Assembly (NCBI GenBank): GCA_051362555.1
Contig: CM120645.1
Span: 16,554,001-16,618,000, forward strand
Length of the DNA: 64,000 nucleotides
Source of the DNA: Lingula anatina
Lineage: Eukaryota > Animalia > Brachiopoda
Direction: 5' to 3'
The number at the start of each line of letters is the position of its first letter. Position 1 is the first letter of the stretch. This document shows positions 39,789 through 53,190 of the stretch, piece after piece. The translations under genes and the position numbers were made by a program. Below the pieces are notes generated by a model that had not been told where the DNA came from, made no database searches, and was given only the letters and a program-made list of their open reading frames with translations.

Positions 39789-42700
39789 GTACCTACAATT
39801 AATGTCTTAAAGCCGTAGGTCTAGATAATTCTCAATATTATGAACAAGCTTTGGCTAATTTCAATCACCTGACCAAGTCACTTTCAACCACATCTTTGGA
39901 GCGTAGTAAATTAAATTATGAATTGCATTCAAAAGATGATACCAAACAGCATGAATTCTTCAAGCCAGTTCCAAAGTGGTTCAGAACTAGACAATGATCC
40001 ATTCAACAATTGTGAGGAACTAAACAGAACCCATCAGACAGAGGAAACTGAAGACAAGCAGTATAAAGAATACATGAAAGAAATTCTCATGACCCAGTGC
40101 TATTAATCATTACAAACCTGTCATCTATTCAGTACAGTTGATTGAAGTCTGTCTTATTTATAGGTTCATCATGGCAGTTCTAGGATTGTACAGTACAGTA
40201 AGCTGTATACTGTCAAAACTTTTATACATTTATCAAAAAGAAAGCTGGGACTTGTTGTTGTAGAAACACAAAACACTGATTTATCAATATTATTATGATG
40301 GGCAGTTTTTCACTGAATTTCATTTTTCCGTAGCTTTTACACAACAGTCTCTTAAAACCTATGTTGATCATTTCTGAAAGCATCATCATTCTATAACTGG
40401 ATCCTGTGTATCTCACAGCACTTTTTGTCTGCTATAGATGATGACATTAGTTGTAATTTAAATCTTATTCAGTGGTTAACACAGTAAGAAAGAAACTCAG
40501 TACAAGCTTCATACTAAGCTTGGTGATCAATTGCATTTTTTCCCTTATAAGGTAAACAAACTGTAGGTTTTCTTTTTCATATCAAGTTTGGTTTTGCTAT
40601 TAGGTAAACTACAGCCCATGTTTGTTTTAAATACTGTTTTTCAGTTGTCTTAATTGCTTTCTAGGGGCAGAAGAATCAATGAAATCTTCACAATATTTCA
40701 ACTCCTTGTTTTTCAGTGGCAGTGTAAGATCATAATTGCCACCTTATAGGGCTTTAATTCTCTTGGTCATTTTAAAGATTAATTTAATCAATACATTTAA
40801 ATACTGAGTTTAAGCACTAAGTGTTCAATTTTTGAATTGTTTTTATTGGTAAGTCTTTATTATTTCCTGTTAAAAACATTCAGTTCTTCTGATTTTTAAA
40901 ATCAATACAACTAATCCATCTATTTTTCAGTTACAGCACTTCAATTCTCCTGGTAGGGTCACTCAATAGCAGCTTGGCACATTGGAGAGACCAATTTCCT
41001 GCCAACTCAGCAATGAAAATAAATATGTATTTCCTCCAATAGGATCTAAGCCAATCCTTTACAGAGACAGTGAAAGTGAAAAAATCATTAGGATTGACTT
41101 CAGCTATAAATACAGACAGACCAGAGCAAAAGAGATGAACTGTATACAATAGCCATACTGAGGACACAAGCATGCATAAGATCAGATTCCCCAGAGATTG
41201 AGTTACCAACCGAATGATCACATTTGTCATCCTTAAGAAATCTGCTGACTTTATTATGACCATTCAATTAGCAAGATAAAACTGTGGTCTGAAGGAATCT
41301 AAAAGCTTGGTAAATTTCATGCAATAGACAGTGACAAAAGTGAGTGAGAGAAGGAGACCTTGAGATCTGCAGGAAAACGTTCCTTCCCACATATGTCATT
41401 GAACAAAACATGACGTGAATCTCCTGGGAGAGAACAAAGGTGGAGACTGCTTACATTAACACATTTCAGACAAATCAAGAATTGCAGACAATCCCAGAAA
41501 CAAAATATCATTCAGCCAATGAGGATCCAGGAATCTGTTTTCCAAATGTCAAATATGTCTAAAACCAGTTTACCAACTGATGACAACTTACAAAAACATT
41601 AGCAACTGAGCAGTTGGCATGTAAGGACAGACTAACATTACAAATAGTAAGTATAGCATTTCATGTGGTACTTCATTTCTTTTAAAAAACATGTTTTTGA
41701 ATAATTTAAGGTTTTAAACAATGAATTACATGGTGAATGAGTTACTAAATCAGACTGTTGCACAGCTTTATTACTACTATAGCAACTTTTGTTTCCCATT
41801 CCATTACAAATTAAAAGTTTGCAATTATTACAAGTTTTCATAATTATGTGCCATTTTTGTCAGGTAATGTCTTAATAGGCTATTAAACATTTAATACACA
41901 ATTATGTTTCATACATTGGTACTTCCTGTACACATGAATATATTTCATGCACTGCAAAAAGTTTGGAAGGGATATGTTCAATAGGGAGTTCTTAAAAGTC
42001 TGTTGGGTTTATGTCTGAAAATATCAATTAGAGAGTAACAAGATATGATAGAGCTTGATAAAAAAGAGTGTGACATTTCTCCCATGGGTGCTCATTCACC
42101 TAAACATGTTTATTGACAGCTATTGAATGTGTTACTATCTACCTGAATACAGACAGAACTGTAGTAATATATGAAGTTTACTATCTAATTACCTCCTGCG
42201 GCATGTTAATTGTAAAAAGGCAGCAAAGCTGCTGACAGGACAGACAGATGAAAAAACAGATAAAAATAATATTAAAAAGTCTGAAATGATGAACAACCAA
42301 ATTAACATGGGAAGTATACAACATTTTTTTCTTGTCAATTTTGATGCAATACAGCATAATGCTTAACAACATGAATTTTCAATTATATACTACTGTTAAG
42401 GGTATACTGTACACATTTGAAAAATTTAATGTCATTTTCCAAATAAGACCTTAAAAGCCACAAAACCCCATAAATAAAACTATCTGAAACCAATAGTACA
42501 AGAAGACATGACTTAATCATCAAATTAAAAATGGAATAAAACAAGTCCAAGTACAGAGACATGCTAAGCAATGATATGTGAGTCGTAGAACCCCAGAGGA
42601 TAATGGGTACCTTTTATGTGGACATTCAGCTCAAGGCTTCAGACCCATGGGAGTTCAAAGTCAAACCTTGAAAATGCCACTTGTGAAAATGTAAAAATTA

Positions 42701-45156
42701 CAATAAAATTCATAACTTCAGGAAATCAGAAATTATAAACTAATCAGACTGATATTCAGCTTCAATTTGCAGAAATTTAACTAATTTCTTCACATTTTTT
42801 ACCCTAAAATTTCGTCACAAACAATTTATATTTTATCATTGTTATCAGGCCCATAGCCAGTGGGGTTCAAAAGTACCACCCTTTTTGTCAGGAAAAGGTC
42901 CAAACTGGGTAAATTTTGATCTATATACACTAAGGATTCATTGTAAAAGGTTCACTTTTTTGGAAAAAGAACCCCCTTTTGAAATTGCTGGTTATACTAG
43001 AGATATAATTATAAAAATAATTTACCTCACCGTATTACAGCTTGTGAAAAGTAATCAAAATAAGTGGTACTGTATGTGTAAATATCATTATTAGTTAAAT
43101 GATAAACTGGTACTACCACTTATTTTGATCATTACCAATTTTCCCAATCTGTGCCTTTATCTCAAGGGAAGTGAATAAGTGTAGAAAAGCAAAGAAAGTT
43201 TTTATGGTAACACCTTGACACAATACACAAAACCATGTCAGGCAGTTTACAACTGTAACAGTGCATGGAAGATCCAAACTATTCAGTATAGTTCTGTAGC
43301 GCTAATAAAATGAAGTGTGGTCTCAGTGCATTTTTTGCTGAGAGATGATGAAAGTTCTTTAATGACTTTGATAAACCTGTATTGTCCTTCAAGTAACAAG
43401 TATGCAAATATCATGCATAGGTTGCAATGTCTTAATCCATGATTTAACACAGACTGACAATAAACATAAAAAAGGCCTTTAGCCTGCAATTTCCTAGAGG
43501 GGGGTGTCTTGTTATGAAAAAGTGGCCCTTTTTACCGACTTAGTGGACCCATTTTGAAAAATGGCAAAGAAGCTAATTCAAATTCTGTTTCAATGTGGTC
43601 CTAATTGTAGTCAGAAGTGAGGCTCCTTCAAATACCTGCCCCTGTAGTTTGGCTTGATATGAGTTCCAGACTCGTCTGGCAATTTATGGACATTTTACAT
43701 GCATTTTACCCGTGCACATGGCATTTTATCACACTCCATACATGCTGAACCGTAAGAAAGATGAGATGTACAATAATGCATGTTAATTGGTTAATCCAAA
43801 TCATTCCAATGTGCTTATCAGTGTTCACAGCTAGGGAGACTTCTCATGATTGTCAAATAATGAGTAAATAGTCATCCAATTCCTTTACAGTATGGTGAAT
43901 ACCATAAGTCATATCCTTATAGCAAAATCTACAGTCCAGTGTCAATAATACAAACTGCAGACAACAAGGAGCATAGAGAGGTTGAAGTCATCTCCTGAGT
44001 ATGCACCACCAGCTAAATATGTGCTTCAAGGTTTCACAATATTACAAATCCATTTACATCTGCATACGATAATATTTTGAAGGTTTTGCAAACATGTAGA
44101 CTAGAAAACGTATTGGAAAAAGAGAAGCTAACATTTTTCTGGGTTTCTATGTGATATGAATCAAACCCCAATATTGAGAGTTAAGTTTTATTTTTTTAAT
44201 TACTATTTCTTTTCTGAGCCAATAAAAGCATACATTTTAAGTGCATTGTGTGTTCACCTAAGATACAAACAAAAAAATTTCCAGACAGACACCCAAAATA
44301 AGTTAACCACCGTTGGCAAGCTTATACTGGTATCTATGTATCCATTCTTAAACATTCAATAAGAGATAGTTCTCATGGTTTTAAGATTTATGACCAATTA
44401 GCATGATTATCACAATGTAGCAATTTATAGAAATCTCAATGAATCTGGCTGATCATAACATTAAGTGGACATATCATTTAAACAAATTAAGTGAAGAAAT
44501 CCACGTATGACTGATAACCATATAGTTGATAACTCTAAGTGTTACATGTGTTGCTGCTTTGGGTATATGTTCAGCAATGATGTGAGATAGATGTACCTGA
44601 TGCTACAGGGCTACTTGTAGGATTGAGTAGATCCGTAAATAACAGTCATAAATTGTAGGATATCTGAGGCTATTGCACTGGTCCTTTACCTTCAACTTTT
44701 ACTTTCCATACAGCCAACAACATCACCAAGATTTGAGCCAAAAGAGTTATTTAAAATACAAATACTCTCTAGAATCTTCTTACTCAATAACATGAATTTC
44801 TCCCAAGATGAATCATTCTCACTAAAAAAACTTAATACAGCATACAATGATTGTTGGCAAGAACCTTCCAAAATTTCATGACTTATGTCACAAAAATGTT
44901 ATTTTGCTTGAGTGAAAGGTTTGTATGCAGACACAGTAAATCTGATAAAGACATGTACATATGAGAAAATTCAATTACAAACTGAGAGATCCCAAATGAG
45001 TTACTGTGGTCTAAGGAAACCATTTTATATCTATTGCAGATAACTAACCAAAGCTTATGGATTGAAAACTTCAAGGTGTGAAGTTTTGTTACTCCTGACC
45101 AAAACAAACTATACAGGTGAACATATTCTTTCTTTATCCTTTATGGACACAAGTAT

Positions 45157-46365
45157 ATGAAGAACAATTGTGTTGAAGACTCGCTCAAAATGTCAGTTCA
45201 AGGATATTCTACAAATGAGACTAATGAAGAACCTCTATACACTCCAACAGAGAGTGACTATGAATATGTAGATTTTAACAATTCAATGTACCTGCCTCTG
45301 TTTGATGAAGATTTCTACCTGGCACAATTTATCATATACCAAGTGCTTTTGCCCATTGTCTGCATATTTGGAATCATAGGCATCCTTCTAACAGTAGTGG
45401 TTCTTGCCCAGAAGAAGATGCAGACCTCTACCAACTGTTACCTAATGGCTTTGGCCATTGCTGACTTACTTTTCCTGATGCTTTTATCTACAACTGTCTG
45501 GAAGAATAAAATACCCCAGGAGAGCTACTATGATGACATGTATGAAATTTACCACTGGTACGCTAACATTTTCATAAAGACGTTCCTGCTGGCCTCCATA
45601 TGGGTCACAGTCCTTTTGGCGATAGAGCGCTATCTGGCCATTTGTTTTCCCATGAGGGCCAACAACACTTGCCACGTTTCTCGTGCAAGGATCATCTGCC
45701 TGATGATATATCTGGGGGCATTCTGTTGTCGTCTGCCATATTTTTGGGAGAAGAGTATACAATCATTCCTAGATACTTTTAACAGGACCATATTTTACCT
45801 GAAGACAGAAGAACTGAACCTTGATCCCCATTACACAACAATCTACACTTGGATTGTGGATGCATGCCTCACCGCCATCATCCCATTCATTCTCTTGCTC
45901 TTTCTGAATGGCTGCCTCATCAGGCAAGTACGGAAGTCCACAAAATACCTGAGCATGTCCCTAATGCATGGATCAGAAGTTCGAAATGAGATTTCGCGTG
46001 AACAACTCCAGATCACAATGATGTTGATCAGCATCGTTATTGTGTTCTTCATCTGCGCATCACCTCACGTGATCTACACGGTTATCATCAGCCTAATTCC
46101 ACATGAGGCAGAATCTCTTTCTCCAACCTTCTTTATCATTCCACTGGTGCTCCGCCTTCTGATTGCAATCAAGTCTGCTATTAACTTTATCCTCTACTGT
46201 TGGTTCAGTGAAAAATTCAGAAGTACCCTCTACGGACTTTTTCGTTGCTGTCCTTGTCGCCCAAAAGGCCAGTATCAACAGGCCAATAACAGCTTCACTC
46301 ACATGACTTTTGAAAGAAACAGTCGAAGAAAATCTTCTTTACTGACAAGAGAAACTCTGATGTGA
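45157..46365 (+). CDS. Intronless class A (rhodopsin-like) peptide GPCR, FMRFamide/sex-peptide/myosuppressin receptor-like
   Basis: 402 aa ORF with seven hydrophobic segments. Motifs: STNCYLMALAIAD (TM2), ERYLAICFP (TM3/ICL2), IIPFILLLFLN (TM5), FFICASP (TM6), SAINFILYC followed by SEKFR (TM7/helix 8). N-terminal N-glycosylation sequons NET and NNS. The start may be the second Met at 45190. Confidence 0.93.
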   Translation: MKNNCVEDSLKMSVQGYSTNETNEEPLYTPTESDYEYVDFNNSMYLPLFDEDFYLAQFIIYQVLLPIVCIFGIIGILLTVVVLAQKKMQTSTNCYLMALAIADLLFLMLLSTTVWKNKIPQESYYDDMYEIYHWYANIFIKTFLLASIWVTVLLAIERYLAICFPMRANNTCHVSRARIICLMIYLGAFCCRLPYFWEKSIQSFLDTFNRTIFYLKTEELNLDPHYTTIYTWIVDACLTAIIPFILLLFLNGCLIRQVRKSTKYLSMSLMHGSEVRNEISREQLQITMMLISIVIVFFICASPHVIYTVIISLIPHEAESLSPTFFIIPLVLRLLIAIKSAINFILYCWFSEKFRSTLYGLFRCCPCRPKGQYQQANNSFTHMTFERNSRRKSSLLTRETLM

Positions 46366-46602
46366 TATAGTATGGGCTGCTACATATGGGATATTTGAGG
46401 TATTTGTTACATTTTTCCTAAATTTCCCAGACATGTTGACCATACGATGTAGTGTAAGTGTGTGTGTATGTGTGTGTGTCTGTTGAATTTGATCAAAGGT
46501 ATTACTTGTATTCAGATAAGTTTAACAAGAAGTGTTGTATGTGCATATTATAAGGTCTTTGATACATTAAGATACATTTAATATACATTTAGATTATGTG
46601 GA

Positions 46603-46608
46603 AATAAA
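46603..46608 (+). terminator. Candidate polyadenylation signal of the GPCR
   Basis: AATAAA about 240 nt after the stop codon. The hexamer is common in AT-rich DNA. Confidence 0.3.
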
Positions 46609-47151
46609 CATTGTCAAGAGACAGTGCTGCCACATCAAAAATGCATAACTTGCTCATTTGCTAATTTGAGCTGATAACATATAACAGTATTTTGGGGGGT
46701 AAAAACTGCAATTTCAAACAGATTTCCCATACCTGAACAGTTATCAGCACCATTTTAAAGCAAATTTAATCACAACAAAAGCACTACAAGTCAGTGCCTG
46801 GAATTTTTACTAAGTGGCTTATTTTTTGTTTCAGTTGTTTTATCAGTTAGGAGGTGAAATAATGTGCTGTTGTTTAATGAAACATCATATTCAGGGGCTC
46901 AGAATTAACCTCCTAAACAAGTGAATGGAAAACCAAACAATGGCACTAAATGTGGTTCACACCATAATTATCAACCACACAAATTTTCATGATGATATTT
47001 TAGTCCTTAGTTACAGAGTTTACAATGAAACCCAGTCACTATCTCACACCAGTTAGCACATAAGCAGCTAAATTGTTAATTAATTAAAGCATGGTCACCA
47101 TGTGCACAGAGCCAATTGGAATCACATAAGCTATTATACTAAAAGAGAAAA

Positions 47152-47395
47152 AATGTCCATTAGCTTGGTAGTTTGATCATAAATGAAAATTATCAAACAT
47201 AAGCCGAAATATTTTCGTACCGTTAGCTTATGGCCAACCTGGGGGAAGGCCTTCATCAGATTGATGTGAGTAGATGTTCACACTCGCTGACCGCTAGGTG
47301 GTATAGCAACCAGGACCCTCATATAAATGTCAGGTTGGCCATAAGCTAATGGTACAAAATTATTTTGGCATGTGTTTGATAATTTTCTTTTATGA
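47152..47395. mobile_element. Foldback/MITE related to the 13.5-14.3 kb host element
   Basis: Inverted arms ttagcttatggccaacctg / caggttggccataagctaa. Interior tgatgtgagtagatgtt...gctaggtggtatag is shared with 13465-13535. Confidence 0.65.
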
Positions 47396-48051
47396 TATTA
47401 TACTAAAAGTTTTATTTTTATTATATTAAGATAAGTATTTTATTTAAAAAAATGAAATGGGGGAGAGCTATTTTGCCAAATGTGTGTGTTTAAAATCTAT
47501 ATTTTAATTTTGTCACTTTAATTCTGTTTTTTATTTCATTAATCAATTTCTACAATTAAAACTGTTATACTAATGGTGCTTTGAAGAATATGTAGCCTGA
47601 TCTTGAAAGATGTATACTAAAATGAAGTAAACTTGAAAGAAATTAAACTTATTAAGTTAGGTATAGTCATTTATCTTTATCTCTGTTAAAAATGACTAAA
47701 CTAAGTTTTTATGTACATGTATAATATCACATACATCAGAAAGTGCCAAACAAAAATATTAAATATTTACTAACCTTTATAAGCTAAATTTTAAAAATAA
47801 AGAAACACCAAATTTCCACTTAAATAGTATCAATATAATGAAATTATGGAACTCTAAAGAGGAAATGAGCGAAAATCCTAAGAGCTAATCCAAAGAGCAT
47901 GCTGTATGCAGATATTTACATTTAAATTAACAAAAATTAATAGAACCTCAAGTCTGAGTAATGTAGTTAATATGGTATGCTCTAGAATGGTACAGAATTT
48001 ATAATATATATCCAAAAGTGGAAAGCTGGAACAGTTAACATTTATGTACTG

Positions 48052-48219
48052 CAGGCCCGTAGCCAGAAAATTCAAAAGGGGGGTTCTTTTTCTAAAAAAG
48101 TGGACCTCTTCCCAGAAAAATTTCATGTACCTAGATCAAATTTTACCCAGAGTGGACCTTTTCCCAGCAAAAGGGGCGGTTCTTTCTAACCCCCCGAACC
48201 CCCCCTGGCTACGGGCCTG
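48052..48219. mobile_element. hAT-like MITE (CAGGCCCGTAGCCAG TIR, 6-bp TSD GTACTG)
   Basis: Perfect 15-bp TIR flanked by gtactg/gtactg. Degenerate relatives near 18549-18767, 42846-42995 and 43470-43650. Confidence 0.85.
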
Positions 48220-49190
48220 GTACTGGCACTAGCTGGCATATTATGGATTGTTTAGACAAAAAGGCTGGATAAAACAGATCATTATTGCACATGGCGTTAC
48301 AATTGTTGAGCAATGTTCAGTGAAATGTTGAGTGTTTTAACTGGGCTTAATCCTTAAGTTCAGCAAACTGCGCAAAAATCATTCAATGGCTTCTTTGACA
48401 TCTTGTTATGGCAGATGCAAGTTTTCAGTCTAATAATCAAATTACTTTGTGGCATATGAGAACAAGAGATCAAGACATCGTGTATTAAAAATCTGTCATG
48501 TATATGAGTTTCACTGCACCTGGGTCTTTAGTTTTCAGTTACCACCGCAGTACGAGTAAGAATACACAGAGAATTTACTTGTTGTATAGAATATACTTGA
48601 GAATACACTTATGTCCATATGTACCATATCTTGCCAACAAGTTGATTGTAGGCAAGATATAATTAAGGTGTATGTACCAACCATCCTGCTTCTCATGGGT
48701 GAATTACCACATACACCTCGCTGACTTGAAGTAATAATGCCTATTAATATATTACACACAAATATATACATTTTTTTCAGTATCAATAGCACTTTCAGTG
48801 ATGAACTTATCCTTATCAGCTGTCACAGCTACCCTACTATCACATATTGCGTGAAGTCATTCAACCACAACCAAATTTCAGTGTAAGCAAAAACCGTATT
48901 CATGTATTAGTATTGCTGATGCCGATTTTCATCACAAAAATGACTTTTTAAATATATCAGGCACACCTTCAGGGTATATGTACTGTAACTGGCATATTGC
49001 CCATGCAAAATATGAAAGATTTGAAATTTTGATTTGTACTGAGAAGGTGACATTGCATGACTGTACTGTAGTTGCCTACAGTTAGTACCAGGGATTCCAA
49101 TTACAAAACTGCATGTACATACTATGAATTCTTACAAATTATACCAAATGTTAAAAGCATGAAATTGCATAGGTGCTTATAATGATATAC

Positions 49191-49270
49191 AAAATTAACT
49201 TTTAAAATACAATATTTTACAAAATAAACTCTTAAAAGATAATGTTTCATAAAATTAACTCTTAAAATAG
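49191..49270. repeat. 30-bp minisatellite, about 3 copies
   Basis: aaaatWaactYttaaaa recurs at 49191, 49221 and 49251. Confidence 0.7.
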
Positions 49271-51976
49271 TTCTAAAATTTGCAGGAAGTACAAAGGTTT
49301 GCATATGTGCAGTATTACACATTCGGATTTGATAAATCTAATCACCCAGATGTCAACAGGAAAACTGGTCGTGGATAAGAACCTTAATGAAAGTCCTAGA
49401 TTTTAAACCTGATGTTAACTAATTGTTTGTTTACCAGAGCTGTTATGAGTATCCATTCGACATGCGTAGCAATTTCACCTTCAATTTAACAGCCCTGTTT
49501 AAGTCATAACTAATTAGGCTACTTAGTATTTGTGCAGACATCATTAGTGACCTTTTGACAAGGGAAGGGATGCAATTGAGACTGTTTCAGGTATTTAATA
49601 ATCAAGGAAACAGTAAGGATGCCTTAGTTTGAACAGATTCAATGGCTTCTTTAACATCTTGTTATGGCAGATGCAAGTTTTCAGTCTAATAATCACCTTT
49701 CGCTTGCTGCTTTTAATTTGCTTTTGGCACGAGATACTTTCCGAAACCTGATTGTGCAAGATACATATTAGGTGTATGAAAAAGCATTGCCTCATCAAAC
49801 TTCTACAGGGTAGTTGATTTTTTGAACATATGTCTGCCATGTTTTAACGACGTTTTCTTTTGTTGGTTTGTCATGTCATGGCACCAGGCGTATGACTATA
49901 ACACATAGAAGTTTTAAGCTTTGGTATTGATGACTTTAAAAAAAAAAGAAAGAGTAGAGAGCAAGGCTGACATATGTACAGACACTAAACAGCAAAAAGT
50001 CATTGCAACGTACAATATTAAGACAAAAAACTTTTGTAAAAATTATAAAACCATGCTAATTTTCAAAAGCAACCTGCATTTTTACATTCCGAATAAGCAA
50101 CATGGCAAATATCTGAAGTAAAACAAAAAATGCTGTTTGGTGCTTATGGTGTAAATGTAAGAAAAATACACAACAAATGAAGAAAAACTCAATAACTTTC
50201 ATAAATGAGCATTTGAAAAATTAGTACTGACTGAATCCAAAGGAAATTAGAAAAATTTTAAATATTGAAAATTCTTCAGAAAATAAATGGAAATGTTCAA
50301 AGACAAAGAACTGATATTCTGTTTCACCAAAAGTTTCTGTAAAATATCCAGCAAGAAGTTTTGCTACCAGCAAGTATCAATAAAAGCATTCCAAAGCCAC
50401 TGTATCTCCAATTTGCACATCCATTCCATGTATAACCTGATCCCTTATACCAAAACTCATTCATCACTTTTTTTATCATTATTTGCAGTCTGCTTTAACA
50501 TGAGGAGTTATGACCACGAAGGATTTTCAATATCTTTGATGAATGCTTGCTGGAGGTTTACATTAATTTGTCAGTGCAAATGTTTGGTAAAACAGTAATA
50601 TTTTTGATACAGTATGCTTTTCAAGACATGCAGATACTCCCTTGGTGTTTTTACATAATCTTTCAAAGACTACATGAAACTGATTAAGATAAAAGCTGAA
50701 GTCAGGAAGGCTTGCAAAATGTACAAAATCATGTTTTTCTGATAGTGTGCAACATCCCAGTATGAAATTGTAAAAGAATAATCAATAAAGAATCACAATA
50801 ACAACAAAGATGCAACAAAAGACTCCAAGCATGCAACATCACAGTATAATTTGCACTGTCTAGTCTGGAATTAAAAAATCACAAATTGTAAGGTGATATC
50901 CTTTACGGTATCAAAATGGCAGGAAATGTATCACTAATGTATCATTACTGTTTTCTCAAGACTTGACATTCCCATGTGTTGTGTGTCTGATAAAAGCCAC
51001 ACAAAGAAAATGGTACAGAGAATTCAAGATCACAACATCATGGCTGCCACTGTCATGTCTAAATTATCCCAGTGTTATACCGTAGGTGTGCTTCCGTCAA
51101 TACCTAATTTATGGAAAGAAAGTCTCAATCAGTATGTGGGCTGAGGAGGATGCCAGAGTTGCTCCTCTGGAGACGAAGTGATATCTCTTTGGCTGAATCT
51201 CGAAGAAGAAAAAAAATTAAGGAGGTTATTTCTCTGTGTTCGACTTGAAAATCAGATTTCTTTGATCTGTTCTGGAATACACAGGGTAGATAACAAAGGC
51301 TAAATTTGACTTCCCAATTCTGATGGTACTAAGGTGGTTTGGCATACAGTCTATCAACAAAGCAGTTAGTAAAACTTAACTTCTATGTATTGCTTACCTT
51401 CATCTATTTTGTTACAATTTCCAAATATTCCACATAATGGTGGCCACCAGCATGGGCACAAGTGACTGAGAGAATATATTATTTAAGTCTATGTGGGGGC
51501 AATCATCAAGCAGTCTACAAATATCATACTGTATGAACGTGCTGTGAACCCATGCAATTTGCTCATGCAGCCAACACTACTGAGAGCCTCTGAGAGACTC
51601 CAGTTAAAAAACAGCTAAAAGAGGAGCAAAAAAGCTACATGAAACAGTGTAGATAGGAAGAATCAAATAAGAGTGTTTCAAGCTGCTTGAAAACAAAGTT
51701 GTTTCAGTAACAGCTTCTGTGTTATTTCTCTATAAAACCAAGTTCAAATGTTGTCAAGGGCAAATGTTGAAAGCATTTTAACACGTTGAGTGATGTTTAG
51801 TGATGTTAAGCAACTTCAGCAATGTTCAGTAGAGTTTGAATGGAGTCAAAATGTTCAGTGGGCCGACTCAACATTTGTTGTTCTCGGGGGAGATATTGAA
51901 ATTAAGCATGTTATCACAGGGCCACTCAATGATGTGCAGTCAGCACAAGCACACTGGACCCTTCTTTTCATACTTA

Positions 51977-52208
51977 CACCCCATTTCCATAGATTTTTAG
52001 ATCGATCTATCCCTGTGGGGAGTCTCACTAGATTACTGTCAGCTTGGCCAGCTTAAGCATCTGTCCCGCCTACTAAAAGCTGTAAAGGGGTAATTAACTA
52101 CATGTATGGTGCCCGCTCGGCTGACTGCAATTTAGCGTGAACCCCCAGGGAGTTAGGTCGATTTAAATTTTAATCTTTAGATTGATCTAAATCTCTGGGA
52201 AAGCACCC
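51977..52208. mobile_element. Family A MITE copy
   Basis: 232 bp with a small expansion near the right end, TSD TTA/TTA. Confidence 0.85.
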
Positions 52209-53155
52209 TTAGCATACTGAAGAGGCTTGAATGGATTCATAATTTCTCTTAATGGCTTCTTTTTATTCATGCTTTCACTTTTTTTCTTTTTATTATCCTT
52301 GCCCTCCTTGTCCTTGTCAACTACAAGACTTAGTTCTAACACTGTCAGGGCTGTAATAACTTTTTGCTTTGAAAGTGACACCATTTTGAACACAAAGTCA
52401 AGGAACAGGGATTTTGCAACTTTGTTTATAAATGCTTTAACCTATTTTGATCATGGATTTTAATTAATGGTAGACTAGTATAGCATTCTATGGTCATTTT
52501 ATGTGTGTGTGTTTTTTTTTTAGGTTTATGCACCCGGTTTATTAATAATATAGCAATTTTAAGACACTCATTCTATGTGACAGCCATGTTTCCATGGCCC
52601 GACTAATGACACGTGAAATTGTTGAGAGGGTTTTAACACGCCCTCACTGCATGAACATGACTAAACATGGCGCTACAATTGTTGAGCAATGTTCAGTGAA
52701 ATGTTGAGTGTTTTAACTGGGCTTAATCTTCAAGTTCAGCAAACTGCACAATTAATATGCAGGACAGAAGAAAGATGATTTACAAAGGGTGCAGTCAAGC
52801 TGCTGCTTTCTGATGAATGGAAATAAAGAAATATTTTTTGATTAAAACCATCCTCAATATACTCATGGTGCATTGTGTGAATGAACTGAAAGATGAAAAA
52901 TCGGTGTCTCTTTTTTAATCCCCTTGTTGAAAGAACATCAGGAATGTTGAACTTTGATAATTGAAGTAAATATAGTATGAGATTCATGCACTGAGTGAGA
53001 AATGGATCCCATGAGTATTCACATAATATTATAGTTTTCCAAAGCAAATGCTGCAGAAAATATTCCTGTGTATATAATAAATTTCTTTGTTTTCTTATTC
53101 GTGAAAAATATCATGAGGTGGTGTATCCAACTGACTCTTATAATTAAATATGTAT

Positions 53156-53190
<35 letters not shown>

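Noticed and set aside
40921-41315. Possible 5' UTR exon of the GPCR (tttttcag ... ttg|gtaaat)
   Set aside because: Only generic splice-like signals; cannot be supported without transcripts.
46171-46173. TM7 lysine as an opsin retinal-binding lysine
   Set aside because: It maps to 7.45, not 7.43. The protein has NFILY and peptide-receptor motifs rather than the opsin NPxxY context.
45484-46302. Antisense and alternative-frame ORFs over the GPCR
   Set aside because: Shadows of the real coding sequence with no recognisable motifs.
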